A stretch of 42,525 bases of DNA from assembly GCF_030457785.1 (NCBI RefSeq), contig NZ_JAKDUI010000001.1, forward strand, positions 1 to 42,525, in the 5' to 3' direction. The stretch's first letter is position 1, and the number at the start of each line of letters is the position of its first letter. Below the pieces are notes generated by a model. The model did not search any database, was not told the DNA's origin, and saw only the letters and a list, made by a program, of their open reading frames with translations. Source of the stretch: Psychrobacter sp. GTDB taxonomy: Bacteria > Pseudomonadota > Gammaproteobacteria > Pseudomonadales > Moraxellaceae. Shown here one piece after another: positions 9,339 to 19,394 of this stretch. The position numbers and the translations under genes are program-made.

Positions 9339-9638
9339 TCAATCCTAGCACACTGCACACACATATTTCTTGTTTGATGAATGGTCTATGTTTGTACAAT
9401 TTTTAGCATAACAATAATCAACGATTCTGTCTGCATAAAACAGAAGACATATGACGACAGAATGACTTTGATAAAAAAATCGACAATTCACATAAATTTG
9501 TTGTAAAGTAATATTGAGTTTCATTTTGAAAAGTAGCAGCAACAATTGTATGAATGCGGGAAGGTTGTAGATCGAGTGAGCGATCAGATCTATTTTTTTC
9601 AGGCACTCATTTAACTTTGTGATAGAGGGATGTATTTT

Positions 9639-10604
9639 ATGACTTACTCATTTTCCAAGCCGTTGACTTTTGCTGCCTTAGTAGCGCTAGCGCTAACAGG
9701 TTGTAATAACAGCAGCGACACGACTACTGACGAAGCAACTGGTACAGAAGCTGCTGCCGATATGGGCGGTACGCTCCAAAAAATCAAAGACTCAGGCACT
9801 ATCGTAGTAGGGCATCGTGACTCCTCTATTCCTTTTTCTTACATTGCTGACGACCCAAATCAGCCGATGGGTTACGCACATGACTTAGAAATGAAAGTCG
9901 TGGAAGCGGTCAAGCAAGAGCTGGATATGCCAGATCTAAACGTCCGTTATAACCTCATTACTTCACAAACTCGTATTCCATTGGTACAAAACGGTACGGT
10001 TGATTTTGAGTGTGGTTCAACAACCAACAACGAAGAGCGTCAAAAACAAGTTGCCTTCTCTAACGGTTTCTTTGAGATTGGTACCCGCCTGTTGACCAAT
10101 GTTGATTCAGGTATCAATAGTTTTGATGATCTGGAAGGTAACACGCTAGTCACGACTGCTGGCACGACGTCAGAGCGTTATATCCGTCAATATGTCGACG
10201 AAAACCAAATGGATACCAACATCATCTCAGCCAAAGATCATGGTGAAGGTTTCCTTATGTTAGAAAACGGTCGTGCTGATGCCTTTATGATGGATGATGT
10301 ACTCCTTGCTGGTGAAAAAGCCAAAGCTGAAAATCCTGATGAATGGGTTATCGTTGGCGAGCCACAATCGTTTGAAATTTATGGTTGTATGATGCGTAAC
10401 GACGACCCTGAATTTAAGGCAGTGGTTGACGACGCCTTGACAGAAGTCTTTAGCTCAGGCGAAATCAATAGTATTTATGACAAGTGGTTCTTAAATCCTA
10501 TCCCTCCAAAAAATGTCAATTTGAACTTTGAGATGTCAGATAACCTAAAAGCACTCATTGCCAATCCACATGACAGCGCTCAACCTCAAGCTGCCGCTGA
10601 ATAG
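9639..10604 (+). CDS. gltI: Glutamate/aspartate ABC transporter substrate-binding lipoprotein
   Basis: GHRDSSIPFSY, TSQTRIPLVQNGTVDFECGSTTNN; LTGC lipobox; ATG 9639 preferred over 9630 because of GAGGGA RBS spacing. Confidence 0.93.
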   Translation: MTYSFSKPLTFAALVALALTGCNNSSDTTTDEATGTEAAADMGGTLQKIKDSGTIVVGHRDSSIPFSYIADDPNQPMGYAHDLEMKVVEAVKQELDMPDLNVRYNLITSQTRIPLVQNGTVDFECGSTTNNEERQKQVAFSNGFFEIGTRLLTNVDSGINSFDDLEGNTLVTTAGTTSERYIRQYVDENQMDTNIISAKDHGEGFLMLENGRADAFMMDDVLLAGEKAKAENPDEWVIVGEPQSFEIYGCMMRNDDPEFKAVVDDALTEVFSSGEINSIYDKWFLNPIPPKNVNLNFEMSDNLKALIANPHDSAQPQAAAE

Positions 10605-10633
10605 TCATTTCTGTTGTCCCTCAATATAGCTTA

Positions 10634-10666
10634 CTTGCGTGCTAGTGTATTCCTCTAGCATGCAAG
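10634..10666 (+). promoter_or_regulatory. Intercistronic stem-loop between gltI and gltJ (probable mRNA stabiliser or partial terminator)
   Basis: 12-bp stem CTTGCGTGCTAG/CTAGCATGCAAG with no U tract. Confidence 0.6.
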
Positions 10667-10695
10667 CTCAATTATCGTAGCTTGGAGCGACTGTT

Positions 10696-11442
10696 ATGAA
10701 TTATAGCTGGAACTGGGGTGTGCTCTTTGAGCAGACTGGTATCGGTAACGAGCTATACATCCACTGGATGATCACTGGTCTTGGTTGGCTGCTATTGATC
10801 GGTAGTATCGCTTGGACGATTGCCATGATCGTCGGTACTGTCTTCGGTATCATGCGTACGCTACCCAACAAAACGGCTCGTCGCATCGGCACGGCCTATG
10901 TTACTTTCTTCCGCAATATTCCTTTACTTATCCAACTGTTTTTTTGGTTTTATGTCGCGCCTGGTTGGCTGACGCCTGCGCTGCAAGAGTGGTGGTATAG
11001 AGACTTGTCACCGAACACATCGGCGATGCTTTCAGCGAGTATCGGTCTTGGGTTATTCACGGCCGCGCGTATCGTTGAGCAGGTGCGTACTGGTATTGAG
11101 TCGCTGCCACAAGGACAAACCAATGCCGCATATGCGCTTGGGTTTTCGGTTCCTCAGGTATATAAAGAGGTGCTGTTACCACAAGCCTTTCGTATTATCT
11201 TACCGCCTCTAAGCTCTGAGCTAACCAACTGCTTCAAAAATGCGTCCGTCGCTTCTTTAGTCGGTGTGATGGAGCTTATCAGTCAAACCAAAACCATTAG
11301 CGAATACACACAAAACAATCTTGAGATTTATACCTACGCGACGATTATCTACTTGGTATTCAATCTGTCCTTGATTGCTATTATGGGGCTGATCGAGCGT
11401 AAGCTACGTGTACCTGGACTTATCGCAGGGAGTCAAAAATGA
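10696..11442 (+). CDS. gltJ: Glutamate/aspartate ABC permease
   Basis: MNYSWNWG start, FRNIPLLIQLFFWFY, EQVRTGI; operon position. Confidence 0.92.
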   Translation: MNYSWNWGVLFEQTGIGNELYIHWMITGLGWLLLIGSIAWTIAMIVGTVFGIMRTLPNKTARRIGTAYVTFFRNIPLLIQLFFWFYVAPGWLTPALQEWWYRDLSPNTSAMLSASIGLGLFTAARIVEQVRTGIESLPQGQTNAAYALGFSVPQVYKEVLLPQAFRIILPPLSSELTNCFKNASVASLVGVMELISQTKTISEYTQNNLEIYTYATIIYLVFNLSLIAIMGLIERKLRVPGLIAGSQK

Positions 11443-12107
11443 ACATGACTGAACTTGCAATTGCTTATCCTGGGCTACTAAACGGCATGATAACGACGCT
11501 AAAAGTGTTATTTTTGGCGATTTTAGGCGGCATCAGTTTAGGAACCGTACTGGCCTTGATGCGTTTGTCGGGCATTAAAGTGCTCGAGGTGCCAGCCAAG
11601 CTATACGTCAACTTTTTTCGTTCTGTGCCACTGCTATTAGTATTGTTGTGGTTTTACTTTGCGGTACCGATGATCTACTTTTGGGTGGCAGGAAAATACT
11701 TGCAGTTAGATGCTGCTTTTGCCTCTTGTGTCGTCGCCTTTATGATGTTCGAAGCAGCCTATTTTTCTGAGGTCGTACGAGCCGGTATTCAGTCGATAGG
11801 CAATGGACAAATCAATGCCGCCAAAGCGCTTGGCATGACATATAGTCAAACGATGCGCTTGGTAATTTTACCGCAAGCATTTCGAAAAATGCTACCACTG
11901 ATACTGCAGCAATGTATTATTTTATTCCAAGACACGACGCTGGTATTTGCCATTGGCTTGACGGACTTCTTCCGTGCAGCCTATGTACGGGGAGAGCTGA
12001 TGGGTATACTGACCCCTTATATTTTAGGTGCAGGTGCCGTCTACTTTATCATCAGCCTCAGTGCCTCTATCGGCGTACAGCAGGTACAAAAACGTTTAAG
12101 ATTTTGA
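11439..12107 (+). CDS. gltK: Glutamate/aspartate ABC permease
   Basis: FRSVPLLLVLLWFY, FEAAYFSEVVRAGIQS, ILFQDT; 4-nt overlap with gltJ. Confidence 0.92.
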   Translation: MNMTELAIAYPGLLNGMITTLKVLFLAILGGISLGTVLALMRLSGIKVLEVPAKLYVNFFRSVPLLLVLLWFYFAVPMIYFWVAGKYLQLDAAFASCVVAFMMFEAAYFSEVVRAGIQSIGNGQINAAKALGMTYSQTMRLVILPQAFRKMLPLILQQCIILFQDTTLVFAIGLTDFFRAAYVRGELMGILTPYILGAGAVYFIISLSASIGVQQVQKRLRF

Positions 12108-12253
12108 AGTAAAGCTTTGATAAGTAGCATTAAACGTGGAGCGATATATAGAGCATAGTACTGATAGAACATAGTACTGAGTAACGATGGTACGCCAAAA
12201 GAGCGTTATATATACCAACCATTATCCAAAGATGAAACGGCTAGGAGCCTGCG

Positions 12254-13057
12254 ATGAGCAAAGCTGATACACACATAAATGACTTTGGCGGACTAGTGAC
12301 TAACAGCAGTCACGCCACTGACGAGATGGTCGTCGAGATGGACAGTGTTAGCAAATGGTATGGTGACTTTCAAGTCTTGACCGACTGCACAGCGCATGTA
12401 CATAGAGGCGATGTGGTGGTGGTTTGTGGTCCATCAGGTAGCGGTAAATCAACGCTGATCAAAACTGTTAATGGCTTAGAACCTTTTCAAAAAGGTGAAA
12501 TCATGGTCAATGGCATCTCAGTTGGTGATTCGAAGACCAATTTACCCAAATTACGCAGCCGCGTTGGCATGGTTTTTCAGCATTTTGAGCTGTTTCCGCA
12601 CTTGACGATTATTGATAATTTGACAGTTGCACAAATCAAAGTACTGGGTCGTAAGGAAGCGGAAGCCAAGAAAAAAGCGATGGGTTATCTCGATCGTGTG
12701 GGTTTAACCGCCCAAGCGGCAAAGTATCCAGCCGAGCTATCGGGTGGACAACAACAACGTGTCGCGATCGCGCGTGCATTGGCGATGGATCCAATCGCTA
12801 TGTTGTTTGATGAGCCAACCTCAGCGCTTGATCCTGAGATGATTCAGGAAGTGCTTGATGTGATGGTTGAGTTGACTCGCGAAGGCATGACGATGATGTG
12901 TGTGACCCATGAAATGGGGTTTGCTCGTCAGGTGGCCAATCGTATTATTTTTATGGATGAAGGACACGTCGTTGAGAATTGTAGTAAAGACGAGTTTTTT
13001 GAAGGTGCAAAAAGCGAGCGTGCTCAGCAGTTTTTGTCCAAGATTCTCAATCATTAA
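12254..13057 (+). CDS. gltL: Glutamate/aspartate ABC ATPase
   Basis: Walker A GPSGSGKST, LSGGQQQR signature, FDEPTSALD. Confidence 0.95.
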   Translation: MSKADTHINDFGGLVTNSSHATDEMVVEMDSVSKWYGDFQVLTDCTAHVHRGDVVVVCGPSGSGKSTLIKTVNGLEPFQKGEIMVNGISVGDSKTNLPKLRSRVGMVFQHFELFPHLTIIDNLTVAQIKVLGRKEAEAKKKAMGYLDRVGLTAQAAKYPAELSGGQQQRVAIARALAMDPIAMLFDEPTSALDPEMIQEVLDVMVELTREGMTMMCVTHEMGFARQVANRIIFMDEGHVVENCSKDEFFEGAKSERAQQFLSKILNH

Positions 13058-13082
13058 AAATATACTTATCTGCAGTATTGCC

Positions 13083-13112
13083 AAGCGTCTATGCATTCAT
13101 AGGCGCTTTTTT
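13083..13112 (+). terminator. Rho-independent terminator after gltL
   Basis: AAGCGTCTATG/CATAGGCGCTT stem plus T tract. Confidence 0.85.
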
Positions 13113-13246
13113 ATGACAGTATATTAGGGTTGATATGGATGAGAGTGGCCATCGACTCGACTATATAAGTGCATGGTTGTTTACTGATACAATAGCGGTC
13201 AACATGCCAAAAATTAGAATAATTCATACATAATACTGGAGCTAAT

Positions 13247-14479
13247 ATGAATACAAAAAATGCAGAAACACCAGAAAACGGGATCGTCATTATCGGTGCA
13301 GGTTTAGCGGGCTGGCATGTCGTCGACGCAGTTCGTGCCAAAGACAAAGACATTCCGATTACTTTAATCACCGCTGATAGTGGGGATCGTTATCACAAGC
13401 CAATGTTGACTATGGCCATCAGTCAAAAGAAAAGCGCAGCAGACTTAGTCAGAGCGACGGGCGCGGATGCAGCAGAAGCTGCCAATATCAAATTGCTTGC
13501 CAATACACAAGTGACGGATATTGACGCTGCCAGTCAGCAGTTACAGCTTGTCTCAGCACTGCGTTCAGATCCTGTCTATACCAATTATGCTACGGCTGAC
13601 TACGGCAAGCTGATACTTGCGATGGGCGCGCATCCTATTTTCCCCAAAAGCTTGCCAGAGAATTTGGTGTGGCATGTCAATCACATTGAGCGTTTTGGAC
13701 AGTTGCAAGAAAAACTAGCAGATGGTAGTCAACACGTCGCTATCGTTGGCGCTGGTATGGTAGGAACAGAAATAGCTGAGGATTTATTAAAAGCGGGTCA
13801 TCAAGTCTCGCTCATCGATTTGAATGATGCGCCACTTTCACAAATGCTACCAGCCAAGGCAACTGCTCGTATCGCCAAGGCTATTGAGTCGCAGGGCATT
13901 CAGTTTTTGGGCGGATATCAAGTATCTGCCGTGACTCGTATCAGTGATGGTGGTGATGATGGAAAGCTGCAGGTAGACTATCAACCACTCGCATCTGACG
14001 AAGATAGTAGTTCGGCTCAGCCGCTCGAGACTTTGGTCGTGGATCACGTGATTGCCAGTACGGGTTTAACAGTTGATACTCAATTACCCACCGCGGCTGG
14101 TGTTGAATTCGACCGTCGCACAGGTATCGTAGTCGATGCGACGACATTGCGTACCAAGGCTGACAATATTTATGCTATTGGTGATTGTATGTCTATCGAT
14201 GGTGTTGCCTGTCGCTATGTTGCGCCACTGAGAGCACAGGCTGCGACCATCGCTGATGATATTTTGGGACATGATCATAATGGCTATGAGCACAAACCAC
14301 CGATGATTCGTCTAAAAAACAAAGCCATTTCTGTGATGGTAACAGGTGTGCCGCAAGCAACTGGTGATTGGCAAATCAAGACCGAAAATGACGACGAGCT
14401 GATCATGGAGTTGCTAGGTGACGATGATACAGTGAGCGCGACAGCTACTATCAAAGCGCCGGCCACAGCCAAAGCATAA
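13247..14479 (+). CDS. FAD-dependent NAD(P)H oxidoreductase, rubredoxin reductase/NorW-like
   Basis: GAGLAG (FAD), YHKPML, GAGMVGTEIAEDL (NAD), IYAIGDC. Confidence 0.85.
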   Translation: MNTKNAETPENGIVIIGAGLAGWHVVDAVRAKDKDIPITLITADSGDRYHKPMLTMAISQKKSAADLVRATGADAAEAANIKLLANTQVTDIDAASQQLQLVSALRSDPVYTNYATADYGKLILAMGAHPIFPKSLPENLVWHVNHIERFGQLQEKLADGSQHVAIVGAGMVGTEIAEDLLKAGHQVSLIDLNDAPLSQMLPAKATARIAKAIESQGIQFLGGYQVSAVTRISDGGDDGKLQVDYQPLASDEDSSSAQPLETLVVDHVIASTGLTVDTQLPTAAGVEFDRRTGIVVDATTLRTKADNIYAIGDCMSIDGVACRYVAPLRAQAATIADDILGHDHNGYEHKPPMIRLKNKAISVMVTGVPQATGDWQIKTENDDELIMELLGDDDTVSATATIKAPATAKA

Positions 14480-14520
14480 GAAAACGGTTAATAGGGCTTA
14501 TTGACTATCGCTCTCCAAAT

Positions 14521-14580
14521 ATTATCCGAGAAGTACCAATTATCCCTAAAAGTACCAATTATCCGAAAAGTGCTAAATTA
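14521..14580. repeat. Three tandem copies of an 18-19 bp unit
   Basis: ATTATCCGAGAAGTACCA / ATTATCCCTAAAAGTACCA / ATTATCCGAAAAGTGCTAA. Confidence 0.8.
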
Positions 14581-14616
14581 GCCAGTCACATTAACTATTA
14601 AGTGGCTGGTTTTTTT
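14580..14616 (+). terminator. Rho-independent terminator
   Basis: AGCCAGTCAC/GTGGCTGGTT stem with T tract. Confidence 0.8.
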
Positions 14617-14680
14617 ACGTCAAAATTTTGTCATGAGTTCGTGATATGTTCGATAAATAATAGCACTACATCACTTTATA

Positions 14681-14698
14681 ATACGATACGTATCGTAT
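14681..14698. promoter_or_regulatory. Perfect 18-bp palindrome, putative operator of the acyl-CoA synthetase/liu operon
   Basis: ATACGATACGTATCGTAT is its own reverse complement; it overlaps TATAAT (14677-14682) and lies just before TTGACT-N18-TAGTAT (14707-14736). Confidence 0.65.
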
Positions 14699-14824
14699 CA
14701 TTATTGTTGACTTCCTTGTTTTATACGGTGTAGTATTGAGCTATATATGATTATACTCAAGGAAGATAAATCTGCCTGTAGGTGATTGTTGAGTATTATG
14801 AAACGTAAAACGAAAGGACTCGTT

Positions 14825-16579
14825 ATGACACAAACTATTGCATTGGATGGCATTTTAGAAAATATCCCTACCGTGAACATGGGTGCGTGCTCAGCAAATG
14901 CGCCATTGACCCAAAGCTATGATAAAGGCCCTGAAGTACCACTCATTGAAGCCACAATCGGTGACTTCTTTGATGCTATCGTGTCAAAGTATCCTGAGCG
15001 CGAAGCATTGGTTTCTAGCCACCAAAACATCCGCTGGACGTACCGTGAGCTACAGCAACAAGTCAATCAGCTGGCGAGCAGTTTGATTGAAATGGGGTTG
15101 GAGATTGGCGATCGTATCGGTATTTGGTCGCACAACAATGCTGAATGGCTACTAATGCAGCTGGCGACCGCTAAGGTCGGCATTATCCTTGTCAATATAA
15201 ACCCCGCATATCGTACCTTTGAGCTGCAATATGCGCTCAATAAACTGGGCTGCTCTGCGTTGGTGCTTATGCGTCATTTCAAGAGTAGTGACTATGCACA
15301 GCTGATTCATGAGTTGTGTCCTGAGATATACCATAAAGACTACACTCAACTTGATTTGGTCGAGATTCCAACGATTGAGCGTATCGTTTGGATCGATGAG
15401 CCTGGTAGTGATGAATCGTTTAATTATATGCAGAAGTTTTCTGAATGGATGGCAGAAGGTGATGCCAACGACCCACGAGTGGCAGAGCGCCAAGCCCAGC
15501 TCAAAAACACCGATGCGATCAATGTGCAATTCACCAGTGGCACGACAGGTACGCCAAAAGGTGCTACTTTAAGTCATCGCAATATTCTTAATAACGGCTA
15601 TTTTATCGGTGAGGCTATGAACCTTACCGAAGAAGATAGACTGTGCATTCCGGTACCGCTATATCATTGCTTTGGGATGGTGCTTGGCAACTTAGCGATT
15701 CTCACACATGGCGGTTGTATCGTTTATCCAAATGATGGTTTTGAGCCATTGTCGGTATTACGAGCAGTCGAAGAAGAAAAGTGCACGGGTTTGCATGGCG
15801 TGCCAACGATGTTTATCGCTGAGCTGGATCATCCAGAGTTTGAGACGTTTGATCTGTCGACCTTGCGCACAGGTATCATGGCAGGCTCTAGCTGTCCGAT
15901 TGAAGTTATGCGCCGTGTCATCGACAAGATGCATATGGAAGAGGTCACCATCGCTTATGGTATGACTGAGACCAGTCCAGTGTCTTGTCAGACCAATAAG
16001 CACACGCCGCTTGATAAACAGGTATCGACAGTAGGGCTGGTACAGCCTGCGCTTGAAGTGAAAGTCGTCGACACTGCCACGGGTGAAATCGTGCCTCTGG
16101 GTGAGACGGGTGAGCTGCTAACACGTGGTTATTCAGTGATGAAAGGGTACTGGGGAAGTCGCTTCAAGACTCGTGAAGCCATTCAAGACGGCTGGATGTA
16201 TACGGGTGATTTGGCAACCATGGATGAAGATGGCTACGTCAAGATAGTTGGTCGTAGTAAGGATGTGGTCATCCGTGGTGGCGAGAATATCTATCCGGTC
16301 GAGATTGAAAACTATTTATACCGTCATCCAAAGATCAGTGATGTACAAATCGTTGGCGTGCCAGACGAGCGTTATGGTGAAGTATTGGCTGCGTGGATTA
16401 TCGCTAAAGAGCCTGACAGTTTGACAGAAGAAGAAGTGCGTCAGTTCTGTAATGATAATATTGCCCATTACAAAGTGCCGGCTTACTATCGTTTTGTGAC
16501 AGAGTATCCGATGACCATCACGGGCAAAATTCAAAAGTACAAAATAATTGAGCAGATGACAGAAGAGTTGGGTTTATAA
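14825..16579 (+). CDS. AMP-dependent acyl-CoA synthetase (likely branched-chain acid CoA ligase)
   Basis: [35 protein letters not shown]; ATG 14825 follows AAGGA; substrate inferred from liu context. Confidence 0.9.
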   Translation: MTQTIALDGILENIPTVNMGACSANAPLTQSYDKGPEVPLIEATIGDFFDAIVSKYPEREALVSSHQNIRWTYRELQQQVNQLASSLIEMGLEIGDRIGIWSHNNAEWLLMQLATAKVGIILVNINPAYRTFELQYALNKLGCSALVLMRHFKSSDYAQLIHELCPEIYHKDYTQLDLVEIPTIERIVWIDEPGSDESFNYMQKFSEWMAEGDANDPRVAERQAQLKNTDAINVQFTSGTTGTPKGATLSHRNILNNGYFIGEAMNLTEEDRLCIPVPLYHCFGMVLGNLAILTHGGCIVYPNDGFEPLSVLRAVEEEKCTGLHGVPTMFIAELDHPEFETFDLSTLRTGIMAGSSCPIEVMRRVIDKMHMEEVTIAYGMTETSPVSCQTNKHTPLDKQVSTVGLVQPALEVKVVDTATGEIVPLGETGELLTRGYSVMKGYWGSRFKTREAIQDGWMYTGDLATMDEDGYVKIVGRSKDVVIRGGENIYPVEIENYLYRHPKISDVQIVGVPDERYGEVLAAWIIAKEPDSLTEEEVRQFCNDNIAHYKVPAYYRFVTEYPMTITGKIQKYKIIEQMTEELGL

Positions 16580-16695
16580 AATATCAAACGGATTCTTCTA
16601 TTGCTTTACCAACAACTTGCATGAGTAAAGACCACAGTAACCATCGGTTAAAATAAAAAATTACTCGCATTTACGTATCAAAGAAAAGGGATATC

Positions 16696-18306
16696 ATGAG
16701 CGCTATCATAACCAGTAAACTGAGCCCAAACGCAAGCGAATTTCAGCAAAACAGTGCCGCTATGCAAGAGGTGGTCGATGACCTATATGTGCACCTACGT
16801 AAAGTCGTGCAAGGTGGATCAGAGCGAGCACGTGCCAAGCATTTGGCGCGCGGTAAACTGCTTCCGCGAGAACGCGTCGAGCGTCTGTTGGATGTCGGTA
16901 CGCCGTTTCTAGAAGTAGCACCGATGGCTGCGCATGATATGTATGGCGAAGATATTCCTGCCGCTGGTGTGATTGCAGGTATCGGCCGTATCAATGGTAC
17001 TGAATGTATGGTGGTTTGTAATGATGCCACGGTCAAAGGCGGCACTTATTATCCGATGACGGTCAAGAAGCATCTGCGTGCTCAGGAAATTGCGCAAGAA
17101 AACAACTTACCTTGCGTGTATTTGGTTGACTCTGGTGGCGCAAACTTGCCCAACCAGGATGAAGTATTCCCTGATAAAGAGCATTTTGGGCGTATCTTTT
17201 TTAATCAAGCTAATATGAGTGCTGCAGGTATTCCGCAGATAGCGGTGGTGATGGGCAGTTGTACGGCCGGCGGTGCGTATGTGCCAGCGATGAGTGATGA
17301 GTCTATCATCGTCAAAGACCAAGGTACTATCTTTTTAGGTGGTCCGCCACTGGTTAAGGCAGCAACAGGTGAAGAAGTTAGCGCCGAAGATTTGGGCGGT
17401 GGTGATGTGCATACTCGTCTGTCAGGGGTGGTCGATCATTTAGCGCAGAACGATACGCACGCATTGTCCATTGCTCGTAACATCGTCAGTCACCTAAATC
17501 GCTCTGAAAAGCATATTCCCAATCAAATCACACCACGTCCACCTCGTTACGATGCCAAAGAACTGTATGGCATTATCCCAACAGACAAACGCAAGCCTTT
17601 TGATATCAAAGAAATCATTGCAAGAATCGTCGATGATAGTGCCTTTGATGAATTTAAAGCACGCTTCGGCACTACTTTGGTGTGTGGTTTTGCTCATATC
17701 GAAGGTATGCCGGTCGGAATTATCGCTAATAACGGGATTTTATTTAGTGAGTCTGCGCAAAAAGGCACGCACTTTATCGAGTTGTGTTGCAAGCGCAAAA
17801 TCCCTTTGGTATTTCTCCAAAATATCACAGGCTTCATGGTCGGTCGTAAATATGAAAATGAGGGCATTGCCCGTCACGGTGCCAAGATGGTGATGGCGGT
17901 TGCCAATGCCAAAGTGCCGAAATTTACCGTCATCGTCGGTGGTTCGTTCGGTGCGGGTAATTATGGCATGTGTGGTCGCGCTTATAGTCCGCGCTTCTTG
18001 TGGATGTGGCCAAACGCACGTATTTCGGTGATGGGTGGCGAGCAAGCAGCCTCGGTATTGGCTACGGTGAAACGAGACAATTTCGATCGCAAAGGCGAAG
18101 CATGGAGTGATGAGGATGAAGCTGCCTTTAAAGCGCCTATTCGTGAGATGTATGAAGATCAAGGTCACCCATACTATGCGACAGCTCGGCTGTGGGATGA
18201 TGGGGTGATTGATCCTGCCGATACGCGTCAAGTATTAGCATTGGGGCTAAGCGCGGCTTATAACGCACCGATTGAAGAAACGACTTATGGTATCTTTAGA
18301 ATGTAA
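16696..18306 (+). CDS. liuB: 3-methylcrotonyl-CoA carboxylase carboxyltransferase (beta) subunit
   Basis: [43 protein letters not shown]. Confidence 0.95.
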   Translation: MSAIITSKLSPNASEFQQNSAAMQEVVDDLYVHLRKVVQGGSERARAKHLARGKLLPRERVERLLDVGTPFLEVAPMAAHDMYGEDIPAAGVIAGIGRINGTECMVVCNDATVKGGTYYPMTVKKHLRAQEIAQENNLPCVYLVDSGGANLPNQDEVFPDKEHFGRIFFNQANMSAAGIPQIAVVMGSCTAGGAYVPAMSDESIIVKDQGTIFLGGPPLVKAATGEEVSAEDLGGGDVHTRLSGVVDHLAQNDTHALSIARNIVSHLNRSEKHIPNQITPRPPRYDAKELYGIIPTDKRKPFDIKEIIARIVDDSAFDEFKARFGTTLVCGFAHIEGMPVGIIANNGILFSESAQKGTHFIELCCKRKIPLVFLQNITGFMVGRKYENEGIARHGAKMVMAVANAKVPKFTVIVGGSFGAGNYGMCGRAYSPRFLWMWPNARISVMGGEQAASVLATVKRDNFDRKGEAWSDEDEAAFKAPIREMYEDQGHPYYATARLWDDGVIDPADTRQVLALGLSAAYNAPIEETTYGIFRM

Positions 18307-18533
18307 AAACGCCGAGAGAGTGTGAATGCATTGAAGCTCGTTCATGATGAGTCTTTGCTAATAATAATACATTATAACTTCAGTACTGGAAGGTAAGACA
18401 GAGATAAGGATGATTTGTAAACTGTCATTCGATGTGCTTGTATTATCGTGATTACGAGCTGATTAGGATGCGTTCTAAAGAGTTAAGTGTACCCTAATAT
18501 TTTGATTTGGACTTAAATAAAACAGAGAGAGAT

Positions 18534-19352
18534 ATGCAAAAAGAGAAAAACAAAAACATTGAAAATTATAAAAGCTTATTGGTTGATATCGATAAGCATG
18601 TTGCGACGGTGACATTGAACCGTCCAAAGATACGTAACGCATTCAATGATGAAATGATTGCCGAGTTGACAGAGGCTTTCACGAAGTTGGGTACTGATGA
18701 TGAGGTACGTGTCATCGTGTTAGCAGCAGCTGGTAAGGCGTTTTGCGCGGGTGCCGATCTTAACTGGATGCGAGCGATGGCAGATTACAGTTATGAAGAA
18801 AACCTAGCGGATGCTGATAAATTGGCGCAAATGCTAAAAACCATCTATGAATGTCCAAAGCCCACGATTGCTGCCATTCAAGGTGATGTCTACGCAGGCG
18901 GTATGGGTTTGGTGGCAGTTTGTGATGTCGCCATCGCTGTCAAGATTGCAAACTTCTGCCTCAGTGAAGTGCGTTTAGGATTGGCGCCAGCCACGATTAG
19001 CCCTTATGTTATAAAAGCATTGGGCACCAGAGCTGCGCAGCGTTACTTCTTGAGTGCAGAAGTATTCGATGCCAAAAAAGCACGTCAGCTTGGTTTTATC
19101 CATGAGCGGGTCAGTGAAGAGTGGCTTGATGATGAAGTGGCCACACTATGTGCCAAAATGGTCAAAAACAGCCCCAATGCGGTCAAAACCTGCAAGCAGT
19201 TATTACATGATATAGCGGGTGAGCCGATTACCGACGAGCTGATAGCCGGCACTGTCAAAGGTATCGCAGACATCCGCTCATCAGAGCAGGGCAAAGAAGG
19301 GGTACAGGCATTTTTGCAAAAAAGGAAGCCTGATTGGTTGTCGTCTGAATAA
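18534..19352 (+). CDS. liuC: Methylglutaconyl-CoA hydratase (crotonase family)
   Basis: LNRPKIRNAF, FCAGADLNWM, LSEVRLGLAPATISPYV; operon position; ATG start chosen over TTG 18507. Confidence 0.9.
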   Translation: MQKEKNKNIENYKSLLVDIDKHVATVTLNRPKIRNAFNDEMIAELTEAFTKLGTDDEVRVIVLAAAGKAFCAGADLNWMRAMADYSYEENLADADKLAQMLKTIYECPKPTIAAIQGDVYAGGMGLVAVCDVAIAVKIANFCLSEVRLGLAPATISPYVIKALGTRAAQRYFLSAEVFDAKKARQLGFIHERVSEEWLDDEVATLCAKMVKNSPNAVKTCKQLLHDIAGEPITDELIAGTVKGIADIRSSEQGKEGVQAFLQKRKPDWLSSE

Positions 19353-19394
19353 AGACCAAACGACAAATAAAAAAGACAAAACACAGGGATTGTT

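Noticed and set aside
9345-9606. Two short minus-strand ORFs between hslO and gltI
   Set aside because: AT-rich divergent promoter region; no RBS or protein-like features.
14521-14580. Possible mini CRISPR array
   Set aside because: Units are directly adjacent with no unique spacers, are too short, and there are no cas genes.
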